This document shows, piece by piece, positions 18,048-28,475 of a stretch of 64,000 bases of DNA. Position numbers and translations under genes: made by a program. Under the pieces are notes generated by a model. It saw only the letters and a program-made list of their open reading frames with translations, was not told the origin of the DNA and made no database searches. Position 1 is the stretch's first letter. Each line of letters begins with the position of its first letter. The DNA lies in assembly GCA_038134595.1 (NCBI GenBank), contig JAYPVM010000002.1, positions 168,565 to 232,564 of the forward strand. The letters run 5' to 3'. The DNA is from Pseudomonadota bacterium (GTDB lineage: Bacteria > Bdellovibrionota_C > UBA2361 > OMII01).

Positions 18048-19280
18048 ATGAAGATTAGAAGGCAAGTAGGTTACTGCTCGGCAATTACGGCTGTTGTGTT
18101 CGGTGTTGTTGCTGTGGTGTGCGCAGAGTCCAACGACGTTCATGAAGAAAAAAAGTCCTTAGACGGTAGCGCCATTCGAACGCATGGGGGTAGTGCTGAG
18201 AGCAGTGGGCATGGAAACCATCAGGAAAATGCGTCTCCCGTTGTTAAGGTAAAGCGACAGAGCCTCAGCGATAACGATCCGAGAGGGGCTGTCGACTTAA
18301 CTGTTTGCAGCCAAAATCTCAAGCTATTTGGCACTTTTTTGGAGACAAAAAAGCGGAATCATCTCTATTCTGAGGCCGCTCATGAGTTGAAAATAGAAGC
18401 GCTGGTCGAGCGTTTTATGGTTGCTCGATGTGATGTAATCGCCGTTCAAGAGTTGATGGGTCGAGGGAAAGCTGGTGCAGAAGCCTCACTCGGTGAGTTG
18501 GCCACCAGGCTTCGAGAGAAGACGAATCGGATTTTCTCGGTTGTAGTTGCACCGCCGATCGGTGGGGATATGACTAATGGGTTCCTTGTGGCAAAGGACC
18601 GAGCTTCTGTTCAACAGGTTTTTCCTTATGCACGGGTGGAGTTGCCTAAGATAAATGAAAAGGCTCGGCCGCGTATGTTTTCTCGTATGCCTTTTGAGGT
18701 GCAGCTGGTAGTGAATGCTCGAGAGGGGGGGCGAAGGAAGGTAGTTACTTTGGTGAACTTCCATTTTAAATCCAAGCGTGGTGGACGAGACGATCCTTCG
18801 GGGCTTGAATGGGAGACCTTTCGAATGGAGATGGCCGAGGCTTTGCGGCGTATCGTAGAGCAACGGCACCGCGAAGCTTTTGGCTCGGGCGAATCGTTGT
18901 TGCTTTTACTCGGTGATCGTAACAGTAATTACGATGTCGCGAGCGCAAGGATTCTTGAAGGGGGGATCGATCTTTCTTTCTTTGCGCAGGAGGGGGCGTG
19001 TCGATTAAGCAAAAGGGGGGTCCCGCTCTGCAAAAAGCATCAACGACGGCCACAAAAGTTGTTTAGTGTGCTAACAGGCGATCAGATGCTTAAGAAGTAT
19101 CCCGGAACCTTCTCCTACAAGAAGCAGTACTCGTGGCTTGATGATATATTGGTTCCTCAGGAGACTTTGCCAGCTGCCTGGAAGACAGCCACTAGTGAGG
19201 GTAGTTTCAATTCGGGTGTCATGTACACGCCTATCGAAGCCTCGGACCATGCTTTGATTCATGTCTCGCTTAATTGGTAG
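18048..19280 (+). CDS. Secreted endonuclease/exonuclease/phosphatase (EEP) family protein
   Basis: Signal peptide (..VVAVVCA|ES); motifs SQNL, DVIAVQE, NFHFKS, LLGDRN, LDDILV, ASDH. Confidence 0.88.
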   Translation: MKIRRQVGYCSAITAVVFGVVAVVCAESNDVHEEKKSLDGSAIRTHGGSAESSGHGNHQENASPVVKVKRQSLSDNDPRGAVDLTVCSQNLKLFGTFLETKKRNHLYSEAAHELKIEALVERFMVARCDVIAVQELMGRGKAGAEASLGELATRLREKTNRIFSVVVAPPIGGDMTNGFLVAKDRASVQQVFPYARVELPKINEKARPRMFSRMPFEVQLVVNAREGGRRKVVTLVNFHFKSKRGGRDDPSGLEWETFRMEMAEALRRIVEQRHREAFGSGESLLLLLGDRNSNYDVASARILEGGIDLSFFAQEGACRLSKRGVPLCKKHQRRPQKLFSVLTGDQMLKKYPGTFSYKKQYSWLDDILVPQETLPAAWKTATSEGSFNSGVMYTPIEASDHALIHVSLNW

Positions 19281-22021
19281 TCGAGCCTAGTTGTTTTTTT
19301 TTCTTGTAGCTCGGTGACAACGGTTGTTAGCTTATGTGCTAGCAGTCGGGCAGATTCGATGTCGCCCTCTTTGCATGCAGTATCGAGTGCTCCCGCCAAT
19401 TTCGAGATATCATAGAATCGATACATTCCAGCGCTACCTTTAAGTTTGTGCGCCAGTGCCGAAGCCTCGTTCAGTGCGCCTTGGTCAATACGTTCTCTGA
19501 TTGGCGTAATTTTATGATGAAGATTTGCGCCGAATTCTTTTATCAGGATTTCCAGCTCTGGGTCTTTTATGATAGTGGTTTCTTTGAAGGTTGTCTTGCT
19601 TGGAGATCGTGCTAGATAGCGTTGTAATATTTTCAGTAGGTCTGCCTGTTCAAAGGGTTTGCTCAGATGCATTTCACAGCCTGCTGAGAGGGCCTGCTCA
19701 ATGTCGGAGGACATCGCACCTGCAGAAACTGCTACAATTGGGGTGGTAACACCCCTTTCTCTTATTTTTCTCGTGGCGGTTAAACCGTCCATTGTTGGCA
19801 TCTGGACGTCCATAAGGATGAGGTCAAAGGTTTCGTTACGAACGATGTCTAAAGCTTCTTGTCCGTCCTGAACAAGTGTTACATTCGCGCCAAGTTTCGT
19901 TAAAAGATGTTCAACGAGTCGTCGATTGTCAAGCGCGTCATCCGCAAAGAGCACTCGGCCCTTGAGGGGGTCTTGTCTTGCACGGATTCTTCTTTTTCGT
20001 TCTCGCTGTCTCTTATGGGTAGATACTTCACTTGGCGATGGCTGAGGTGCCTTTATCGAGAGGTGAAACTGTGTTCCTAAGGCAGGAGTCGATGACACCG
20101 TTAGATCTCCAGACATGCCGGTTGCCAACATTTTAGATATACTTAATCCTAGTCCGGTACCCCCGTATGCTCGAGTAGTTGATTCGTTTGCCTGCGCGAA
20201 AGGCTCAAAGATGTGAGAGACTGCCTTCGCGTCTATTCCGATCCCGGTATCGGACACGTCCACAGTAAGGCATTCGGCAGTTGGTTCCCAGGTTGCTGTA
20301 ATAGAGACACTGCCCTTTTTTGTGAACTTAATCGCATTGCTCACTAAATTTATTAAAATTTGTTTTAACCGTAACTTGTCTATCATCAACAGATTGGGAA
20401 TGGAGTCATCGAAATCGACCTCAAAGGTGAGACCCTTCTCTGCTGCGGTTGGAGAGAACATGAGTTTAATTTCCTCGAGCAGAGAGAGTATCGAAGTGCA
20501 TATCGGACGGATGTTAAGAGCCCCGGCGTCTATTTTTGCAAGGTCGAGAATTTGATTGATAATACTCAGCAGATGTTTGCCATTGTTTCTTATTATGTCG
20601 ATCGTGTGCAATTGTTGCGCCGTCAAGGGTTCGTCGTATAGGGCGTCGGCGAATCCGATGATAGCGGTTAGGGGCGTTCTGATTTCGTGGCTCATGTTGG
20701 CTAGAAATTGGCCTTTGGCCTGCATTGCGGCTTCAGCGGTATTTTTTGCACTGACCAGAGCTTCTTCAGTTGTTCTCTGAGCTGTAATGTCCTCAACGGT
20801 AAAGACCCATCCGCTTACCGCATCGGTTGTATTAATAGTGGCGGCTTTTAGATTGCACCACGATATCGTGTTGTTGGCTGGCTTGAATCGGAAGGTCATT
20901 TCGAAGGGGGTTGTATTCTGCGCCGCATCCCGTAAAGCCGAATGAAGCGTGGGAGCGTCGGTTGGGTCGACCGTCCGTAGCCAGCCTGTTCCGAGACACT
21001 CATCGGCGGATATTGCCGAGATCTCTTGGAAGCGGGAGTTTGTATAGATGCAGGTTCCATTCGAGTCGGTCACAACTATTCCTAAGGGGGCAGCTTCGCT
21101 TATTGCGCGAAATCTTGCTTCATTGTGCTGATATTGTAATTCGTCAGAATTTCTCAATGAAAGGTCGACACAAGAGGAAACATAGGCCTCTAGTCGGCCG
21201 TTGGATGAAAAGAGCGGAATGGCTTGTTCCATTACCCAGCGGTAGGTTCCGCTAGCATGTCTAAGCCGATACTCGTGTTGAAATTTACTTTGAACCTTTA
21301 CGCATTCATTCCATTTTGAGCGATAGACTCCGCGGTCTTGAGGATGGACGGTGTCTCGCCAGCATTCGGCAAGGCTCTGTTCCTGGGATAGGCCGGTAAA
21401 TAAACACCATGCGGCATTTGATAGCGTGCGGTTTCCGGCTTCGTCAGATATCCATAGTAAAACCGGTGATGCATCTGCGATTTTTCGGAATCTTTGTTCG
21501 CTGTCCTCCAGTGACGCCAGTGTTCGTTTGACACTTCCAAGCTTATTGGAGAGCTCTATCTGTGAAACTATATGCGCGGCGATTCCTTCAATCGATGCTT
21601 TTTGTGGGTTAGAGAGAAGACGGGGTGCGTAATCAAGGATAACAAGCGTACCCAGGGCATAACCCTGGTCGGAGAGCAGGGGGAATCCGATGTAGAAGGA
21701 GAAATCGCCGTAGTCGTCCCTGGTAATCTGGAGCCGTTGCTCTTTCAAGAGGGAGCAAGTGTAGGGCTCGATACCCAAGATGGTTTCAGAACATATTCGT
21801 TTGGCCCGGGGGCCATCAGATATGTCCACACCACACGCCTGGCGGATAATTTGCCGGTCCTCTTCTATAAACGATAGGAAGCAGGCCGGGGCTCCCGTTA
21901 TTTGACATACCAGTTTTACGGCAGTGGCAAAGGATGGATCTAGTTGTGGGTTAAGGACGTTAAGAGATCGGAGCTTATTTAAGCGTTCTTGTTCGTGCGG
22001 CGGTTTTCTTGCGCTCATCAA
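19259..22021 (-). CDS. Cytoplasmic hybrid histidine kinase GAF-PAS-PAS-HisKA-HATPase-REC-Hpt
   Basis: FLANMSHEIRTPL, QILINLVSNAIKFT, DTGIGI, GGTGLGL, LILMDVQMP, AHKLKGSAG; PAS motifs VHPQD and VDPTD. Confidence 0.95.
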   Translation of the reverse strand: MMSARKPPHEQERLNKLRSLNVLNPQLDPSFATAVKLVCQITGAPACFLSFIEEDRQIIRQACGVDISDGPRAKRICSETILGIEPYTCSLLKEQRLQITRDDYGDFSFYIGFPLLSDQGYALGTLVILDYAPRLLSNPQKASIEGIAAHIVSQIELSNKLGSVKRTLASLEDSEQRFRKIADASPVLLWISDEAGNRTLSNAAWCLFTGLSQEQSLAECWRDTVHPQDRGVYRSKWNECVKVQSKFQHEYRLRHASGTYRWVMEQAIPLFSSNGRLEAYVSSCVDLSLRNSDELQYQHNEARFRAISEAAPLGIVVTDSNGTCIYTNSRFQEISAISADECLGTGWLRTVDPTDAPTLHSALRDAAQNTTPFEMTFRFKPANNTISWCNLKAATINTTDAVSGWVFTVEDITAQRTTEEALVSAKNTAEAAMQAKGQFLANMSHEIRTPLTAIIGFADALYDEPLTAQQLHTIDIIRNNGKHLLSIINQILDLAKIDAGALNIRPICTSILSLLEEIKLMFSPTAAEKGLTFEVDFDDSIPNLLMIDKLRLKQILINLVSNAIKFTKKGSVSITATWEPTAECLTVDVSDTGIGIDAKAVSHIFEPFAQANESTTRAYGGTGLGLSISKMLATGMSGDLTVSSTPALGTQFHLSIKAPQPSPSEVSTHKRQRERKRRIRARQDPLKGRVLFADDALDNRRLVEHLLTKLGANVTLVQDGQEALDIVRNETFDLILMDVQMPTMDGLTATRKIRERGVTTPIVAVSAGAMSSDIEQALSAGCEMHLSKPFEQADLLKILQRYLARSPSKTTFKETTIIKDPELEILIKEFGANLHHKITPIRERIDQGALNEASALAHKLKGSAGMYRFYDISKLAGALDTACKEGDIESARLLAHKLTTVVTELQEKKTTRLDYQLSET

Positions 22022-22159
22022 AGTTTTCCCCAGCTATGGAATCTAATCTTCCCTTGCTGGTTTAAAACGGCTCAAAGTAAGGGGAGCTTAATAGAACGAC
22101 TGTCTGTTTTTCTGGGGGATGTTACTGGAGCCCCCGATAAAGAGGAGAAATTCCCTTAA

Positions 22160-22627
22160 TCAATTGAATTTAAGAGGAAATTCTTGCTGCCTTAATCCTT
22201 CATAAAGCGCGATTGAGACCGCGTTACTTAGGTTTAAACTTCTTACGTGAGCGGTGTTGATTGGGATTTTTAGTATCTGCTCAGGTGCAACGGTGGATAG
22301 AAACGACTCTCCTAATCCCCTTGTTTCACTACCAAATATCAGAGCATCTTCAGGTTGAAAACGGATATCTGAGTAACTAGAGCTGCCGAATTTCGAGAAA
22401 AACCAATGGCTTGTCGGCGAGACGGCTTCCATGAACGCTCGCCATGAGCGGTGACGGTGGAGGTCAACATGAGGCCAATAGTCTAGCCCGGCTCGTCGCA
22501 CAGCCTTTTCTGTAATATCGAAACCTAAGGGTTCTATGAGGTGTAAAGGGGAGCCAGTAGCGGCACAAGTGCGGGCGATCGAGCCAGTGTTTTGTGGAAT
22601 TTGTGGCTCTACGAGCACGATATGCAT
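22160..22627 (-). CDS. trmL: tRNA (cytidine/uridine34-2'-O)-methyltransferase
   Basis: MHIVLVEPQIPQNTGSIAR, RRAGLDYW, FGSETRGL, RSLNLSN; start re-set to ATG 22627. Confidence 0.95.
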   Translation of the reverse strand: MHIVLVEPQIPQNTGSIARTCAATGSPLHLIEPLGFDITEKAVRRAGLDYWPHVDLHRHRSWRAFMEAVSPTSHWFFSKFGSSSYSDIRFQPEDALIFGSETRGLGESFLSTVAPEQILKIPINTAHVRSLNLSNAVSIALYEGLRQQEFPLKFN

Positions 22628-22713
22628 AGTTTGCTCCAAGAAATTTCTATTAAGTCTGGATAAATCAAGCTCGGTGGATTCATTTTTCGCCTCAGGCAGG
22701 GTATACCTTGAGT

Positions 22714-23487
22714 ATGCTAAATTCAACACTTACAGAACGAATCGAAATCACCCCCGAGCTGTTAGTCTTACGGGTTAAACCAGATAACGGCGTGCCGGAA
22801 TTTAAGTCTGGTCAATATGTTGCGCTAGGGCTCCCAGGATCAGCGGCACGTTATCCGGGAGCACCAACTGAAGAGAAGGTTCCGGTACCCGAGAAAATGA
22901 TTAAGCGAGCCTACTCGATTGGGTCAGCCTCATCTGAGAGAGAGTATCTCGAATTCTATATCGCAGTAGTTCCTGATGGGGCGCTAACGTCTCGCCTTGC
23001 GGCCCTTGAACCGGGGGGGCGTTTGTTTACACAGCCAAAAGTGACAGGGACTTTTACTCTTGATGATGTTGCAGATGATCGAAATCTGATTTTAGTGGCG
23101 ACAGGTACGGGCCTCGCGCCATTCATGTCAATGATTCGTTCCCAAGGGGTGTGGACACCGGAGCGCAAAATCACTGTCATTCATGGGGTTCGGTATCCCG
23201 GTGATTTTGCATATGCAGAGGAGATTCATGGTCTAATCGAACAGGGAAGAGCACTTGAATATCTGCCTATCGCCAGTAGAGCCGGAGTGGATTTTGAGGG
23301 TAGAAAGGGACGAATTCAGGTTTTGTTTGAGCAAGAGGTTGTTCGACCCGAGCCTGATACAGACTCGGTGTTTCTGTGTGGGAATCCTGCTATGACAGAA
23401 GAGATGGAACGCCTACTCGTAGCGCGGGGCTTTACGGTTCACTCGCGCAAAGCCCCCGGCAATCTTCACGTAGAGAAATACTGGTAG
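22714..23487 (+). CDS. fpr: Ferredoxin/flavodoxin--NADP+ reductase
   Basis: RAYSIGS, GALTSRL, ATGTGLAPFMS, FLCGNPAM, C-terminal EKYW. Confidence 0.92.
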   Translation: MLNSTLTERIEITPELLVLRVKPDNGVPEFKSGQYVALGLPGSAARYPGAPTEEKVPVPEKMIKRAYSIGSASSEREYLEFYIAVVPDGALTSRLAALEPGGRLFTQPKVTGTFTLDDVADDRNLILVATGTGLAPFMSMIRSQGVWTPERKITVIHGVRYPGDFAYAEEIHGLIEQGRALEYLPIASRAGVDFEGRKGRIQVLFEQEVVRPEPDTDSVFLCGNPAMTEEMERLLVARGFTVHSRKAPGNLHVEKYW

Positions 23488-23498
23488 CGAGCCGACAA

Positions 23499-24317
23499 AT
23501 GGTCTACGGAGGTAGTAAACCCGCACGCTTGACAATTAAGAGACTGCACCGTCTGCGGGATGAGAATATCCCGATATCGATGTTGACCTGTTATGATTCA
23601 AGCTTCGCTCGTTTGCTCGATTCGTGTGGTGTTGATTGTATACTTGTTGGTGATTCGCTCGGGATGGTAGTCCAAGGCGGCAAGGATACTCTTTCGGTTA
23701 GCTTGTCTGACATGGAATATCATACCCGAGTGGTTTCTAGCAGTGTTGCCCGGGCTTTTGTAGTTGCCGATATGCCCTTTGGTTCCTATGAAACTGGCCC
23801 TGAGGACAGTTTTGGTAATGCTGTTCGCTTGATTCAGGCTGGTGCTCAGATGATAAAAGTTGAGGGAGGAGGCTGGGTTTGCGAGACTATTTCTTATTTG
23901 GCTCAGCGGAATATTCCGGTGTGTGGGCACGTCGGCCTTACTCCCCAATCGGTACATTGTATTGGGGGCTATTCCGTTCAGGGAAAGGGTGAAGATGCCC
24001 AACGAGTATTGGAAGAGGCAAAAAAAATAGAGGAAGCAGGCGCACAGCTTTTAGTTCTGGAAGCTATTCCCCCTCAATTAGCGACAGAGATTACTCAGAG
24101 GGTTTCGATTCCGACTATTGGAATCGGTGCTGGTAATGGAACAAACGGGCAGGTGCTTGTTTTACATGATATGCTCGGCATATCAGGCTGCAATACTCCG
24201 CGGTTTGTGCGAGATTTTATGGAGGGAAGCGACTCGATTGCCGATGCCATTTGTAAATATGTCTCGTGCGTTCAAAGCCGAGAATTTCCCGGTAAAGAGC
24301 ATGAATATTCGTTATGA
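23499..24317 (+). CDS. panB: 3-methyl-2-oxobutanoate hydroxymethyltransferase
   Basis: LTCYD, LVGDSLGMV, ADMPFGSY, KVEGG, GHVGLTPQ, PTIGIGAG, GQVLV; start re-set to ATG 23499. Confidence 0.96.
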   Translation: MVYGGSKPARLTIKRLHRLRDENIPISMLTCYDSSFARLLDSCGVDCILVGDSLGMVVQGGKDTLSVSLSDMEYHTRVVSSSVARAFVVADMPFGSYETGPEDSFGNAVRLIQAGAQMIKVEGGGWVCETISYLAQRNIPVCGHVGLTPQSVHCIGGYSVQGKGEDAQRVLEEAKKIEEAGAQLLVLEAIPPQLATEITQRVSIPTIGIGAGNGTNGQVLVLHDMLGISGCNTPRFVRDFMEGSDSIADAICKYVSCVQSREFPGKEHEYSL

Positions 24318-24347
24318 TTTCTGAAAGTGCCGCCGTTTTTTTGGTAC

Positions 24348-26309
24348 TTATTCTTCGTAGAGCTTTTGGATATCTGAAATAAAGCGTTCAGTTATTTTTC
24401 TTCTCTTCATTTTTAGTGTTGGAGTTAACAATCCGTTCTCAATCGTGAAATCCTCGGAGAGGATGGCGAATTTCTTTATAGTCTCGTAACTGGCGAGCTT
24501 GGAGTTGATGTCGTTGACGACACGCTCAATCTGAGAGGCTACGAAGGGATGCTCAGATAAGGGAGCGTTCTCTGGGACGGATATATTAAGCGCGCGAAGA
24601 GATACCCGAACTTCTGGTTCGTTTAAGGTCAGCAATGCCACGCAGTACGGCTTGCCTTCGCCATAGAAAAACGCGTGAGAGACAAATGAGGAGTTCTTAA
24701 AGAGGCCTTCAATAGAGGAGGGTGGGATCTTTTTGCCGCCAGCGGTAATTACAAGCTCCTTTTTCCGGTCGGTTATAAAGAGAAATCCCTCGTCATCGAC
24801 TCGTCCTACATCTCCCGTATGAAACCATCCATCATCAGTCCAGGATTCCGCTGTTGCTGTAGGGCGATTAAGGTAGCCATGTGCGACATTTGGCCCACGT
24901 ACAGATATTTCATGATCGTCAGGGTGTATTCTTACTTCGAGCTCCGGGAACGAGCGCCCTACGCTACCTATCTTGCGAGAAGACGGGACGTTTACATGAG
25001 TAGCAACGGCGGTTTCGGTCAAGCCATAGCCTTCACATATCGTTACTCCTAAACCGTCAAAGAATCTAATGACTGACGGATCAAGACGAGCGCCACCCGA
25101 TATAGCGTGTTTAAGCGAGTTACCAAAAAGTTGGCTGCATATTTTAAGTCTAATCGGTTTAAACATGTCGTACAGAATGCTCGATCCGATCGGTTCTGGT
25201 AGGCCATTCTCTCGACAGTGCTGTATCTTCTCCGCATTAGAAAGGCAGTAGCGCATTAGATAGCCTTGGAGGCCTTTGGTGGTAGCTTTTGCTCTGACGG
25301 CAGCAGCCATCTTTTCGAATAGTCTAGGAACTGAGGGTAGGACCTCGCAGTTGCTTTCCCGAATATCGCGGGCGATTGAGCTAAGATCGAGTCGTGAGGA
25401 TTTGTGATCGATGACGGCGGGAAGCACAAGAGATGTCGAAGTGATAAATCCAGCATGATAGATCAACCTTGCGAATGAGTGTGCTAGGGGAAGGTATAAA
25501 AACAACTCAGTGTCTCCACCGAACACACCGCACAGCGATGCTTGTAAGACATTTACGAGATGATTGCCATGGGACTGGATAACTCCTTTTGGGGGGCCAG
25601 TGGTGCCGGAGGTGTAAACGTACGATGACGTCGAGTGCCGATTGAGTTTTTGAGGAATTGGCGGGGGTTCTTTGGGATAGGCGGAATCTTCGGTAATTTC
25701 AGTAAAAGAGAATAACGGCGCTTTAAGAGTTGTGGGTGTCTCTTGTTTGGTCAAAGGCTCAAAGGTCACTACGAGGTCAATTGGAATACGGGTCGATTCG
25801 GCTGGCTGTTTTTCACGCTCAGGGATCAAGCAGTCATTTGAAGAGAGCCAATCGATTTTTGTTAGCTGCTCTTGGTTTTCGATACACACAATCTTGGCGC
25901 CAGAATCGTACAGGATAAAGCCAGCTTCCTCTGGGGTAAGCGACTGGTAAATGCTGACAGTTATGCCCCCTAAGAGCTGGATTGCCATGTCGGTTACCAT
26001 CCACTCCAGTCTGGAATTGGAGATGATAGCTACCGGGGTTCCCAATCCTACGCCCTTAGAGTGTAGAAAATGGGCTGTACGAGATACTTTCTCGACCATG
26101 TCAGCATATGAGACTGTTCGCCAAATTCTTGTAGACTCAGCAGAACTTGCTACTGGATACCTAAGCACTAAGGCTAAAGGATCGGCTGCGGCCACGTGAA
26201 GGAAAGCGTGTCCCAGTGTAGGACAGGACTCGAGGTGTTTGTAAAGTAAGGGAGTCTTCATGTCGATATGCAGCTGTCGTTGCCAATTCTCGCGTTTTTT
26301 ATCACTCAT
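24348..26309 (-). CDS. Long-chain fatty acid--CoA ligase (AMP-dependent synthetase)
   Basis: YTSGTTGPPKG, YLPLAH, EGYGLTE, GWFHTGDVG, TDRKKEL, LTPTLKMKR. Confidence 0.93.
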   Translation of the reverse strand: MSDKKRENWQRQLHIDMKTPLLYKHLESCPTLGHAFLHVAAADPLALVLRYPVASSAESTRIWRTVSYADMVEKVSRTAHFLHSKGVGLGTPVAIISNSRLEWMVTDMAIQLLGGITVSIYQSLTPEEAGFILYDSGAKIVCIENQEQLTKIDWLSSNDCLIPEREKQPAESTRIPIDLVVTFEPLTKQETPTTLKAPLFSFTEITEDSAYPKEPPPIPQKLNRHSTSSYVYTSGTTGPPKGVIQSHGNHLVNVLQASLCGVFGGDTELFLYLPLAHSFARLIYHAGFITSTSLVLPAVIDHKSSRLDLSSIARDIRESNCEVLPSVPRLFEKMAAAVRAKATTKGLQGYLMRYCLSNAEKIQHCRENGLPEPIGSSILYDMFKPIRLKICSQLFGNSLKHAISGGARLDPSVIRFFDGLGVTICEGYGLTETAVATHVNVPSSRKIGSVGRSFPELEVRIHPDDHEISVRGPNVAHGYLNRPTATAESWTDDGWFHTGDVGRVDDEGFLFITDRKKELVITAGGKKIPPSSIEGLFKNSSFVSHAFFYGEGKPYCVALLTLNEPEVRVSLRALNISVPENAPLSEHPFVASQIERVVNDINSKLASYETIKKFAILSEDFTIENGLLTPTLKMKRRKITERFISDIQKLYEE

Positions 26310-26412
26310 CGATGCCAGGCACTATAATCTCATCTGATGCTGTATTTGTGCAAGAAGTGAATACGGGCTTGCCGAGCTGATGAAAAGCGTTGAGATATCG
26401 CACCGCTAAAAA

Positions 26413-27585
26413 CTAGTATGAAAACGTGCCGTGAGGAGAAGAAATTCTTACGGTGTTTTCATTTGCGCTCGCACGAACTGAGCCTATAACCTTTGCGTCG
26501 ATCCCAAAGGATCTCGAACGCTCTATGACCTCATCTGCGATAGTTGGTTCAACGCAAGCTTCGAGCCGGTGCCCCATATTAAACACCGCATACATCTGCC
26601 CCCAGTCGAGATTGGCCGAACGTTGGATGAGAGAAAATAGGGGCGGGGTTGGGAAAAGGTCTTCTTTTTCGTACGAAACACTACGACCGAAGCGCTTAAT
26701 CTTTGTCTGGCCGCCACCCGTACAGTGTATAAACGAATGGATTCCATCGAAGTGTGTCTCTAGAAGCGACTTGATAAGCGGGGCATAGGTCCGTGTCGGA
26801 CTCAAGAGGGCTTCGCCGATTGTGCATGGCAGTTCGTCGCAGGTGCTAGTCACCTTATATCGTCCTTGATAGGCCAGTGTTTGATCGATAGCGGGGTCAC
26901 TTACTTCCGGGTAACAATCGACGTGGTATCGGGATAGAAGTAAATTTCGAGCGAGGGTTAGGCCGTTGCTTCCAATCCCTGAGTTGTTGATTTGTTCCAG
27001 TTTCGACTGACCTGTGCTGCTGAATCCGATGATGAGGTCTCCCGGGGTCGTTCGATGGGTGTCGACTAACTTTGAGCGAGGTACGCGTGCGGCTAGTGTG
27101 GAATCAACAAGGAGGGTTCGAACAAGATCTCCTACATCTGCCGTCTCGCCGCCGGAAAGTGTGATGTCTAGACCGTTTTGTTGGAGTAGATCTACAATTT
27201 CCCGGTAGCCTGTAATGATTTGTTGGACGGCAGTGTCAGGAATGAGAGTGCGATTTCGGCCAATTGTGTTGCTAAGGAGGAGACAGTCTAGCGCTCCAAC
27301 GCACGCAAGGTCATCGAGATTCATGACGAGGCTATCCGTTGCTAATGATCGGAAATGTGTCACGTCACCCGTTTCTCTGTACAAGAGATACGCCACGATA
27401 CTTTTGGTGCCGGCTCCATCTGCGTGAAGAAATGAGCTATAAAGTGGATCTCGAAGTATATCCTCACTTGGCTGCGCGAAGTAACGGGCGTTAAATTCCT
27501 CGCCCACTGCGATAAGAATTCCCGTCTTGGCCGAGGACGCTCCAAGTGATGCGTATGCAGAGCTCTCAGTGCTTGCTTTAGTCAT
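26413..27585 (-). CDS. purM: Phosphoribosylformylglycinamidine cyclo-ligase (AIR synthetase), long-form variant
   Basis: HADGAGTKS, MNLDDLACVG, GGETADVGDLVRT, SGIGSNGLT, LLSPTRTY, HCTGGG, FNMGHR. Confidence 0.88.
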   Translation of the reverse strand: MTKASTESSAYASLGASSAKTGILIAVGEEFNARYFAQPSEDILRDPLYSSFLHADGAGTKSIVAYLLYRETGDVTHFRSLATDSLVMNLDDLACVGALDCLLLSNTIGRNRTLIPDTAVQQIITGYREIVDLLQQNGLDITLSGGETADVGDLVRTLLVDSTLAARVPRSKLVDTHRTTPGDLIIGFSSTGQSKLEQINNSGIGSNGLTLARNLLLSRYHVDCYPEVSDPAIDQTLAYQGRYKVTSTCDELPCTIGEALLSPTRTYAPLIKSLLETHFDGIHSFIHCTGGGQTKIKRFGRSVSYEKEDLFPTPPLFSLIQRSANLDWGQMYAVFNMGHRLEACVEPTIADEVIERSRSFGIDAKVIGSVRASANENTVRISSPHGTFSY

Positions 27586-27594
27586 TACTTGCTC

Positions 27595-27948
27595 TCATTG
27601 TTTTTTAAGCGACGATACATAGTGAGCTAGTGCTTCGAGTTGCTGGTCATTTAGATCTGATTGAGCAGGCATAAGAACACTTAGTCCAACTGCGGCGCCC
27701 CCCTTTTGTAGCACCTCCTTTAGCTTCGCATGATCGGTAGCGTACTTGTACTGACCCTCTGAGAGGTTGCGCGGCTTCTGGTCAGCAGGCATAGAGCCAG
27801 CTAGGGGACCATCCCCAGCTCCATTGTTTCCATGGCACATAGCGCATCGCTGACCGAACAAGGTTGCTCCCATAGTGCCGTCGTCGGCGCTAGCTGTTCT
27901 GGCAAAAAGGGTTATCGCAAACAAGGCTAAGGTTAGTCGTGTTCTCAT
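27595..27948 (-). CDS. Monoheme c-type cytochrome (periplasmic)
   Basis: Signal peptide, CAMCH heme motif, GAGDGP, distal Met in SVLMPA; GGAG RBS before ATG 27948. Confidence 0.92.
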   Translation of the reverse strand: MRTRLTLALFAITLFARTASADDGTMGATLFGQRCAMCHGNNGAGDGPLAGSMPADQKPRNLSEGQYKYATDHAKLKEVLQKGGAAVGLSVLMPAQSDLNDQQLEALAHYVSSLKKQ

Positions 27949-28238
27949 GCAGATCTCCAAATATTGATTAACTATAAGCGTGCCGTCTTAATTCGCCAAC
28001 TGTGCGCGGTTTTTTGGTGCACACGTCGTTATATTGTCGCCTTCGGTATAACCCCGCATCACTATACCCTCAAAACGCCACACTAGGGAAGGGATTGTTG
28101 AGCTCATGCCGGCCATAATCATAGGGCCTTAGTCATTGCAATATTCGTTAGATTTGAGATGATTGAACTTTAGATGGAGCAATTTGGGCTTTTGCCTCCT
28201 CTTTGTACGTTCTAGGCTCCCTTAGTAAGGCGTCAATC

Positions 28239-28475
28239 ATGTTCTCTGCACTCATACAAAAAATAAAGTCTCGCACAAGCTCCGAATGGAATGATTATAT
28301 GCGTTCCAAGGTTTTAGAGCTAAGGGAGTTAATGCGCGCTCAGGGTGAAGTTGCGGCTCTTGTGGCGTTTTTCGTGGGTATTTCATTTATTCTATTATTT
28401 AAGCTTTGGTTAATAGTAATTGCTGTCGCTATTGTTTCCTACGCCCTTGTTCTTTTGATTGCTGATTCAGTGTAA
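28239..28475 (+). CDS. Small membrane protein (two C-terminal TM helices)
   Basis: Open frame with a soluble N-terminal helix then a hydrophobic hairpin. Confidence 0.6.
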   Translation: MFSALIQKIKSRTSSEWNDYMRSKVLELRELMRAQGEVAALVAFFVGISFILLFKLWLIVIAVAIVSYALVLLIADSV

